Below are positions 17,062 through 26,100 of a DNA stretch of 64,000 nt, one piece after another. The notes below the pieces were generated by a model, which saw only the letters and a list, made by a program, of their open reading frames with translations, was not told the DNA's origin and searched no databases. Where the stretch lies: positions 1-64,000 of IMG/VR virus record IMGVR_UViG_3300042562_001598, one strand, 5' to 3'. Position 1 is the stretch's first letter. Each line of letters starts with the position of its first letter. Made by a program: the position numbers and the translations under genes.

Positions 17062-17883
17062 ATGAGACTTAAAAACAAATTAAAAGAGGGTATTGATGAT
17101 TATGGAACTCCTGATATGAAGTATTATGCTTTTGATTGGGATGATAACATTGTTACAATGCCAACAAAAATCATTCTTAAAGATGAGGATGGTGATGAAG
17201 TGGGGATGTCAACACAAGATTTCGCTGAATATAGAACTGAAGTTGGAAAAGAACCTTTTGAATATCAAGGTCATACTATAGTAGGTTTTGCAGAATTACC
17301 TTTTAGAAATTTTACAGTAACTGGAGATAAAGATTTCATTATTGACGCTATGTTAGCTAAAATAGGACCAGCTTGGCCTGATTTTGTTGAGGCAATTAAT
17401 AATGGTTCAATATTCTCAATAGTTACTGCTAGAGGTCATACACCTTCGGTATTAAAAGAAGCGTGTTATAATTATATAGTGTCAAATTTTAACGGAATTG
17501 ATTCTAACGAATTAGTTAGAAATTTAGAAAAATATAGACATTTAGCTGACGAAGAACAACTATCTAAACGAGAAATGATTAAAGAATATTTGGATTTATG
17601 TAAATTTTATCCTGTGACTTATGGTGAAGGTTCAGCGACTAATCCGGAAGAAGGAAAAATTAAAGCATTAAAAGAATTTATTTCTTATGTTAAAGAAGTG
17701 TCTAATTCATTACAAAAGAAAGCTTTATTAAAAAATAAAATAAGTAATCACTTTTTACCAACTATTGGATTTTCAGATGATGATATTAGAAATGTTGAAA
17801 CAGTTAAAAAACATTTTGAGAAAGAACCTGATAATATTTTAAAAACATATTTAACATCAACAGGAACTAAAAAAGAATATTAA
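17062..17883 (+). CDS. HAD-superfamily phosphatase-like protein
   Basis: Motif I YAFDWDD, motif II IVTARG, motif IV GFSDDD. Confidence 0.7.
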   Translation: MRLKNKLKEGIDDYGTPDMKYYAFDWDDNIVTMPTKIILKDEDGDEVGMSTQDFAEYRTEVGKEPFEYQGHTIVGFAELPFRNFTVTGDKDFIIDAMLAKIGPAWPDFVEAINNGSIFSIVTARGHTPSVLKEACYNYIVSNFNGIDSNELVRNLEKYRHLADEEQLSKREMIKEYLDLCKFYPVTYGEGSATNPEEGKIKALKEFISYVKEVSNSLQKKALLKNKISNHFLPTIGFSDDDIRNVETVKKHFEKEPDNILKTYLTSTGTKKEY

Positions 17884-18000
17884 TTAATAAATTAGATATT
17901 TAATATATAGTATTGAACTAAAAAAAGTAAATATACGAAATAAAAAACATTTTAAGATATTTATAGTAAATAATAAAATAAAAACTAACAAAAAAATATT

Positions 18001-18489
18001 ATGGCGGATTTATTAATGAAAATGCCGGTTCCTTACGAACCAAAAAGACAAAATAGGTTTATAATGAGATTTCCATCAACATTGGGAATTAACGAATGGT
18101 TCGTTGAAACTGCTGCAAGACCACACATCACTATTAATTCAACGGAGGTTCAATTTTTAAATACATCAACTTATGTTGCGGGTAGATTTACATGGTCACC
18201 AATTACTGTTAAATTTAGAGACCCGATTGGTCCTTCTGCTTCACAAGCGTTAATGGAATGGGTTCGTTTATGTGCTGAATCAGTAACAGGTCGTATGGGT
18301 TACGCTGCAGGATACAAGAAAAATATTGACCTTGAGATGTTAGACCCAACTGGTGTTGTTGTTGAAAAATGGATACTTGAAGGTTCTTGGTTAATGGATG
18401 TTAACTTTGATTCATTAGGGTACGGTGCCGACCAATTAGCGTCAATCACTGCTCAAATCCGTATGGATAGATGTATATTAGTTTACTAA
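18001..18489 (+). CDS. Tail tube protein (gp19-like)
   Basis: 162 aa; YEPKRQNRF, YVAGRFTW-PIT-KFRDP and EKWILEG-W motifs; follows the sheath gene. Confidence 0.85.
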   Translation: MADLLMKMPVPYEPKRQNRFIMRFPSTLGINEWFVETAARPHITINSTEVQFLNTSTYVAGRFTWSPITVKFRDPIGPSASQALMEWVRLCAESVTGRMGYAAGYKKNIDLEMLDPTGVVVEKWILEGSWLMDVNFDSLGYGADQLASITAQIRMDRCILVY

Positions 18490-18556
18490 AAAAATACATA
18501 ACCTTTACAACCAAATAAAAAATCTATATATTTATCATATAATAATATGATGGTAT

Positions 18557-20137
18557 ATGGATTTTTCTTTTTTTACAACCGATAACAAATCAGGGTATAA
18601 AACCACGGAAAAGTGGTTATCTAAAAATTACCCCCAAGTTTACAACTCAATTATTGAGTATACTACTAAATTAGACCTTGAGATGTCTTTTAAGGAGAAA
18701 ATATGGTTTTATTATAATAAGTTAACGGAGAGACCTAAATGTTTAACCTGTGGGAGTGATATTTCTTTTAGAAATAGATTTGACAAACCATATGGGGATT
18801 TTTGTTCATTAATTTGTATTAACGACAATAAGGGTGAGATGATGAAACGACAAAGTAAAACCTTCCAACAAAAATACGGTGTTGATTTTTACCCTAAACA
18901 TAATGACTTTGTTAAAAAACAAAAAGAGACTAAATTATTAAAATATGGTGATGAAAATTTTAATAATGTTGAAAAAAGTAAAATAACTAGACTTGAGAAA
19001 TATGGTGATGAGAATTACAATAATATTGACAAAACCAAAAAAACTTGTTTAGAATTATATGGTGATGAAAATTACAGTAAGAGTAATCATTATAAAAATA
19101 AAATTAATGAAACTTTTAAGAGTTTATATCCGGATGTTAATTTTATTGATATAAAAAAAGAAAAAGTTGTTATAACTTGTGTTAATTGTGGAAAAAATAG
19201 TGAGTTTTCTAAACAACTTTTATATGAAAGACATAAAAGGGGTTATGACATATGTGTTGAGTGTAACCCTATAGGGTTTTCAAGTAGAAGTGGATATGAG
19301 AATGAAATATGTGATTTTTTAGATAGTCTCAATGTGAATTACGAAACAAATAAAAAAATTACAAATAAAAGAACTGAAATTGATATTTTTTTACCGGAAT
19401 ATAACTTGGGTATTGAAATGAATGGTGTTTATTGGCATAATGAATTATTTAAGACTATGGGTTATCATCTACAAAAGACTAATGAATGTAATGAGATTGG
19501 GATTAAATTAATTCATATTTTTGAGGATGAATGGTTATATAAACAAGATATTGTAAAATCTATTTTATTGAGTAAATTAAATAAAATACCAAATAGACTT
19601 TATGGTAGAAAGTGTGAAATAAAAGAAATTACTTCTAAAGAATCAAAAATATTTTTAGAGAATAACCATATTCAAGGGAATGTTAATTCTAAAGTTAAAA
19701 TTGGTTTATTTTACGAATCCCAATTAGTATCATTAATGACATTCTCTAAAGGGCGAATTTTAATGGGCGGTAAAGATACTGAATGGGAACTAAACAGATT
19801 TTGTAATTTGACTAATCATAATATTATTGGTGCGGCGTCCAGGTTAATGAGTTTTTTTGTGAAAAATTACAACCCAAATAAAGTTGTTTCTTATTCCGAT
19901 ATTAGAATTTTTGATGGGAGTATGTATAAGAAATTAAACTTTCAGTATGTGTCAAAATCAAAACCTAACTATTGGTATGTTATAAATGGTATTAGACGAC
20001 ATAGATTTGGATTTAGGAAATCAATATTAATTAAAGATGGTTATGATAAAAACATGACTGAAAAACAAATAATGTTAGATAGGAAAATTTACAGAATATA
20101 TGATTGTGGTAATATTAGATGGGAATTTAATATTTAA
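18557..20137 (+). CDS. Free-standing homing endonuclease (T4 Hef-like; Vsr/PD-(D/E)xK-type domain) with KYGDEN repeats
   Basis: EIDIFLPEYNLGIEMNGVYWH nuclease motif, repeated KYG(D/V)(E/D)N/F units and a C-terminal NHIQG...WELNRFC domain. Confidence 0.75.
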   Translation: MDFSFFTTDNKSGYKTTEKWLSKNYPQVYNSIIEYTTKLDLEMSFKEKIWFYYNKLTERPKCLTCGSDISFRNRFDKPYGDFCSLICINDNKGEMMKRQSKTFQQKYGVDFYPKHNDFVKKQKETKLLKYGDENFNNVEKSKITRLEKYGDENYNNIDKTKKTCLELYGDENYSKSNHYKNKINETFKSLYPDVNFIDIKKEKVVITCVNCGKNSEFSKQLLYERHKRGYDICVECNPIGFSSRSGYENEICDFLDSLNVNYETNKKITNKRTEIDIFLPEYNLGIEMNGVYWHNELFKTMGYHLQKTNECNEIGIKLIHIFEDEWLYKQDIVKSILLSKLNKIPNRLYGRKCEIKEITSKESKIFLENNHIQGNVNSKVKIGLFYESQLVSLMTFSKGRILMGGKDTEWELNRFCNLTNHNIIGAASRLMSFFVKNYNPNKVVSYSDIRIFDGSMYKKLNFQYVSKSKPNYWYVINGIRRHRFGFRKSILIKDGYDKNMTEKQIMLDRKIYRIYDCGNIRWEFNI

Positions 20138-20186
20138 TCTTTATTAAAAACAAAAATAAACTATTTTATAATAAAAACTATTTTAT

Positions 20187-20945
20187 ATGGAACAAGAAAC
20201 GATAAAAGCTGCGACGGAGAATTTTAATTTACCTCATGATGTGGTAACATTACCTACTGGTGGTATTTTTTACAAATCAAAGAAAAAATCAGTTAAAGTT
20301 GGTTATTTAACCGCAGCTGATGAAAATTTTTTAATTAATGCTTTAACCGGTGATAAAGATAATATTGTAATGACTTTATTAAGAAGTAAGTTATACGAAC
20401 ATGATTTACGACCTGAAGAACTAATGGATGGTGATGTTGAAGCTATTCTACTTTTTTTACGAAATACTTCTTTTGGTCCTGAATACAATATGAGTTTAGT
20501 TGACCCAAAAAACGGTAAAAAATTTGACGCTAGTATTATGCTAGATGAGTTAAACATAAAAAAGAGTGAGGTAAATCCTAATGAGGATGGACATTTTGTA
20601 ACTAAATTACCTAGAAGTGGGGCTTCGGTTAAATTACGACCTATGACTTTTGCGGAAACAGTTGAAATTGAAAAAATGGTTAGTCAATATCCTGCGGGTA
20701 GAGTTGCACCAACCGTTACTTGGAGGTTGCAAAAACAAATTGTTGAATTAGATGGTTCAACTGATAAAGGTACAATTGCTATGTTTATAGATACGATGCC
20801 GATTATGGATTCTAAATATATTCGTAAATTTATTAACAATAACCAACCTTCGTTAGATTTAACGAAAAGTGTAATCGCCCCATCAGGAGAATTGGTATCT
20901 TTAGAGATAACCTTTGGGGTTGAGTTTTTTCGGCCTTTCTTCTAA
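20187..20945 (+). CDS. Baseplate hub/tail assembly chaperone (T4 gp26-like)
   Basis: VTLPTGGIFY...VGYLTAADENFL motif; located just upstream of the tape-measure gene; ends FFRPFF. Confidence 0.7.
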   Translation: MEQETIKAATENFNLPHDVVTLPTGGIFYKSKKKSVKVGYLTAADENFLINALTGDKDNIVMTLLRSKLYEHDLRPEELMDGDVEAILLFLRNTSFGPEYNMSLVDPKNGKKFDASIMLDELNIKKSEVNPNEDGHFVTKLPRSGASVKLRPMTFAETVEIEKMVSQYPAGRVAPTVTWRLQKQIVELDGSTDKGTIAMFIDTMPIMDSKYIRKFINNNQPSLDLTKSVIAPSGELVSLEITFGVEFFRPFF

Positions 20946-21090
20946 TTACCGACAACTTTTAATTGAAGAATATTATGCGATGTCTAAATTTATGGGTATA
21001 AGTTATGGTGATTTCAATACTATACCAACATATATGAGGAAATACTTATTAACTAGAATAACTGAAGATAATAGTCCAAAAGAGTCTTAA
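20932..21090 (+). CDS. +1-frame extension of the chaperone (gp51-like/G-T-type; 52 aa; absent from the ORF track)
   Basis: Hand translation GLSSNYRQLLIEEYYAMSKFMGISYGDFNTIPTYMRKYLLTRITEDNSPKES*. No ATG near its 5' end; the frame opens across GAG TTT TTT CGG. Confidence 0.65.
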   Translation, partial: GLSSNYRQLLIEEYYAMSKFMGISYGDFNTIPTYMRKYLLTRITEDNSPKES

Positions 21091-21144
21091 AAACCTCTAT
21101 TTGGACTATTTATTTTATAATAACTAATGTAAAAAAAATACAGT

Positions 21145-23103
21145 ATGGCTTCTAAAAAAGACGAAGGATTATTAGCTTCAATTAATCAAACATTAAATGA
21201 ATTAGTTACAGCTGTTGGTACAAATATTGACCCGGGTCGTATAAAGGAAATAATGTTTGAAGTTGACGAAGGCGCTCATCAAGTATTAAAAACTTTTGGA
21301 CAAGGTCGTGAAATGATTCAAGGGTTAAAACAATCAATGACTGGTGCTGTTGACGCTGTTAAGTTATTAGGTGGTGGTTGGTCTGACATTCTTAATATTC
21401 AAGATGGTATTTCTAGAGATTTAAATAGAAATATTGTTTTAAGTAAAGATTCTTATGAAAGTCTTTACGCTACTAGTGAGGTTGCCGGAGTGAGCGCTCA
21501 GAATATGGTAACATCATTTAAAGATGCTGGTATATCGGCTTATCACGCATCAAGTGAAATGGGTAAAGTTGTTAATATTGCCAGAGAAATTGGTGTTAAT
21601 GCTCAAGATGTGTCTAGTAAAGTACTTAATAATATGGACGCCCTTAACAAATATAATTTTGAAGGTGGTGTTCAGGGATTGGCTAAAATGGCAGCTCAAG
21701 CTAGTATGTTAAGAATTGAGATGTCACAAACTTTAAGTTTTGCTGAAAAAGTTTTTGACCCAGAAGGAGCTATTGAAACTGCTGCGGCACTACAAAGGCT
21801 AGGTGTTGCTCAAAGTGATTTATTAGACCCGTTAAGATTAATGGATTTATCTCAAAATGACCCTGCTGAATTACAAAATCAAATCGTTCAAATGACTCAG
21901 CAATTTGTTAAACTAAATGACGCTGGTAATTTTGAGATTATGAAAGGTAGTAAAAGACAGTTGAGAGAAATTGCTCAAGCGATGAATATACCTTATGAGA
22001 CATTAACTAAAATGGCGTTAGGTAGTGCGGAACTTGAAGACAAGATGAAAAAAATTAGGTTTCCTCCTTTGACTTTAGATGAAAATCAAAAAACATTGAT
22101 TGCTAATATGGCGGAAATGAAAGATGGTACTTATAAAATAGAGGTTGGTGGTGAAACTAAAAGTGTTTCTGAATTAAACGAAAAAGATTTAGATTTACTT
22201 AAAAAAGTTGGTGAACCAAAAACTATGGAAGAATTGGCTAAAGACCAATTAACCACTTTAGAGGATATTGCGGCAGGTATAAATTTTTTAGCTGATAAGG
22301 GTGGTTATGTTGCTGCTGGTTCTAAATTAGGAACTGCGGCTTTAGAAACTGGTAGAAAAGCTGGTAGAGTAATACCAAGGGTAGTTCCAAAAGATTTATC
22401 AATATCCAATTTAACTAAAGGTCTTAATGAAAAAACCAAAGAAATTAATACGGTAATTACTGGATTAGGTAATAATACAATGTCTGTTTCAACGGCTATT
22501 GGTAGTTTAGGTAAAATTCTTACTGACGGTGGTAAATTTATTGAAGACAATATAAATAAAACTTTCGGTAATTTAAGTAAGGAAGTAAGTAATGTTGTTA
22601 CTCTTGATGAGGTTAAAGACTTTTTTAAAAATATGACTGATGCGGTTGAAAAAAGATTACCGACAAATAATGCGGCTACTACTCAAAGTAATATAATTAA
22701 TAATAACGATTTGAGTAGGGGTTTAAATACTAATAATATTAATCCAACATCAGACTCTATTAGACCCCAAGAACAAAGTGTGGTACCTGCAACAACACCT
22801 TCTATTGCTCCGATAACATATAATAATGAATCATTAAGAAATTTAACTAGTAATAAAAACGAAGTTGTATCTCAAGACCAAAATATAAAAACAACTACGG
22901 ATATTAATCTTAATCATACAATTAATATTACTGCTCCACCAGGTGTTGACACACAACAACTTGTTTTTGACCTTAAAAATGATACTAAATTTAAAGAAGG
23001 TGTGATAACGGCAATTGCTGCAGGAATGACAAATAACGGTTTAACGGCCTCTAGCAGTAACCCCCAACAAAGAATGAATTCATTTATGAATCCTAAAGTA
23101 TAA
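21145..23103 (+). CDS. Tape-measure-like protein
   Basis: 652 aa, Ala/Gln/Leu/Met-rich and predicted helical; canonical position after the chaperone. Confidence 0.7.
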   Translation: MASKKDEGLLASINQTLNELVTAVGTNIDPGRIKEIMFEVDEGAHQVLKTFGQGREMIQGLKQSMTGAVDAVKLLGGGWSDILNIQDGISRDLNRNIVLSKDSYESLYATSEVAGVSAQNMVTSFKDAGISAYHASSEMGKVVNIAREIGVNAQDVSSKVLNNMDALNKYNFEGGVQGLAKMAAQASMLRIEMSQTLSFAEKVFDPEGAIETAAALQRLGVAQSDLLDPLRLMDLSQNDPAELQNQIVQMTQQFVKLNDAGNFEIMKGSKRQLREIAQAMNIPYETLTKMALGSAELEDKMKKIRFPPLTLDENQKTLIANMAEMKDGTYKIEVGGETKSVSELNEKDLDLLKKVGEPKTMEELAKDQLTTLEDIAAGINFLADKGGYVAAGSKLGTAALETGRKAGRVIPRVVPKDLSISNLTKGLNEKTKEINTVITGLGNNTMSVSTAIGSLGKILTDGGKFIEDNINKTFGNLSKEVSNVVTLDEVKDFFKNMTDAVEKRLPTNNAATTQSNIINNNDLSRGLNTNNINPTSDSIRPQEQSVVPATTPSIAPITYNNESLRNLTSNKNEVVSQDQNIKTTTDINLNHTINITAPPGVDTQQLVFDLKNDTKFKEGVITAIAAGMTNNGLTASSSNPQQRMNSFMNPKV

Positions 23104-23146
23104 GTAAAAATTTATAATCAATCTATTTATAATAAAATAAAAATAC

Positions 23147-26100
23147 ATGTCAAATAGTTTCCTATCATTTACATCATCATCATCGTTTAGAAATAGTCTT
23201 ATGGCTAAAAACTTGGCACCGTATAATGTCCAAGGGGTTTATAGTCCACAAGTTAGTAATTTAACCTATGAAACGATTTTAGGTGATTCTCAAGTTATTG
23301 ATTCACCTAATAATTTGATAGCTGAAGACCCTTATGTTAAAATTTTATACCCATTAAATGAGTACGGACCAACTGGAGGTTATAACCCAAATATACTATT
23401 TAATGGTCCTTTATTACCTGTAACACCAAATCAAGGTCCTTATGCTCCTACACAGAGTGATGTTTTGACGGGTAATGATGTTTATTTAAATAAAGATAGG
23501 TTTTCACCATATATTAATAATATATTTACTCCGGATGGGGGGTATAGAAATATATTTGATGTTGTTACAAATTCATTTACATATCATTATGCGTCTTTAT
23601 ACGGTACTAACTTCGTTGCTTCTTCATATTCTCCGATATCAATATTATTATCAAATGACCCTACAGGTAGTAATGGTTTATTATCCCAAGATTCTTATAT
23701 TGCTAGAATTGGTGCTTTAAGGTTAAATGAGTTATTTAAAGATAGAATTAATAATGAAATTTTTAAAAACACAGTTGGTAGAGTTAACTTAAACGCGTTA
23801 CAAGACCCATTTGAGATAAGTTTATTATTAACTGGACAACAACCATTAATTTATAAAAATTGGAAAATTACAGTACCAGAAAACCCTATATTTTCGGTTG
23901 CGGATTTCGCAACTAGATTAGCTGGGGCTTATTGGCCTGTGTCATTAATTCCGGGTGATTATTTTGAGGATAATACTTTAAATGGTCAAACAAAACAAAC
24001 TTCAGCTGCGTTAAATGTTGTTAATCAATTAACAGGTGGCTTTTTAGGTCCTATATTAAATAAAAGGAGAAATCCTTCTGAAATATTTTTATCTAATACG
24101 GGTAACGGACAAAGGTCTGCTTTATTCGCTAATATTGATTATAATAAATACCAACCAAGTTATAACAAAACATTCGGTGGTTTATTGGGTATTGGACAAG
24201 CTCTTGTTAATTTGGCAATTAATTTAATTAACCCAAGTAACGGAACATTAGTTGGTGGTTATTATGTTGGTAGTAGAAATGCTGAACCATCGGTGATTAC
24301 TTCACCGGCTAATCAAGTACCTGTTGATTCATTTGGAAAACAATTACAAACACCTGTTTATGGTCCTTCAGAATTGGGTATTCTATATGAAGGTAATGAA
24401 GGTAAACTTAATTTTGGTTTAGGTGGTAAAAACAATACTGAAAACACTTCTGGTGGTTTGGTATGGACATCACCTAAATATAAATCAAATGCTGGATTTC
24501 ACGCAACACCTGGAGGTGGTTCAGGAAGTATGGATGGTGGGTTTAATGACATATCAGCAACTTACACTAGAGATGAATCAACTAATGTTGACTTTAAGGA
24601 AGGGTCAATTTTAGACCAAACTCAAAGACTTATTAATTCAGCTGACAATGTATCAGGTATTAATAGATTAAAACATGTTGGTAATGCGATGAATCAAGTT
24701 AGTAAAGTATTCCACGATGGGTATAAAGAAATTACTAAAGGTTCTAAAGTTGTGTCATATACTAAAAATACAACAGGTGAAGAAAAAGGTATTGAATATT
24801 GTAGAGTTTTTACTAAAGATAATCCATATTTGACATATAATGATTTACAAAAATCTGATGGTATTACTACAACTGGTAGACAATTTACTAATTCAGTTTT
24901 AGATAACACATATAATTTAAATATAGCTCCACTTAGAGGTGAGGGGTCAACTAATATACAAAAAAACTCGGAAAATAAATTGGTTGCTAAAAAATATATG
25001 TTTTCAATTGAGAATTTGGCGTGGAGAACATCTAGTAGACCTGGGTTTAGAGTTGAGGATTTACCAGTATGTGAACAAGGACCAAATGGTGGTCGGGTTA
25101 TGTGGTTTCCACCATATGGTTTAACATTCTCAGATAGTAGTACTGCAAATTGGAATTCTACATCATTTTTAGGTAGACCTGAGCCTATGTTTACCTATAA
25201 AGATACTAAACGAAGTGGTAGTTTAAGTTGGAAAATTATTGTTGATAGTCCTTCAGTTATGAATCTTATTGTTGAAGAACAATTAAAAGGTAAAAACAAA
25301 GAAAAAATTGATTCAATATTAGACTCTTTTTTTGCGGGTTGTGCGAAATATGATATATATGATTTAGCTCAAAAATTTAATCAAATCCCTATGAATCAAT
25401 TATATGATTTTCAGGAAGCTTTAAGTGACCCTAAAATTACTAAAGAACAATACGAGGCGATTTTTAAGGAAATTCCAACGGGTGGAGATGCTAATACTAA
25501 TCAAACACAGGCTAAAGACGCTACAATTACAAAATTGGAGGATGGTTATATTGGTGTGGGTTATTATTTTGATAATGACATACCTGACCCTAATTCAAGA
25601 GCAACAACATCATCAGTTAGTTTTGAGACTACCTATGCCGCATATACTAGTGCTAATAATATTGAAACATATCAAAAAACATCTGAAGGTGCTTTTAATA
25701 GTGGTCTGTCGTATTGTAAAACAAATCCTGGTTATTGTGAAAATCAAACAAAAGTAACTGAATTTTTTGATAATATTGTTAAAGATAACTATGAAAAATT
25801 GTCAAAAGAGTTTATAACTGACTTATTTAATGTTTTAAAAGAAAAAAAAGGTAAAGTAACTATTAATTTAATAGGTTCTGCATCTTCATCGGCAAATCCT
25901 GATTATAATATTAATTTGTCTAAAAGACGTATAGATTCGGTTACAAAATTTATGAAAGATGTTAAAGTTGGGGATGATTCTTTAACTCAATTTTTTGATG
26001 ACAAAACTTTAATTATTTCTGATAAGCCTATGGGTGAGGGTGCTGAAGTCAATGTAAAACCATTAGGTAAGAATGGTTCAGGTCAAGAAGTAGATTGTTC

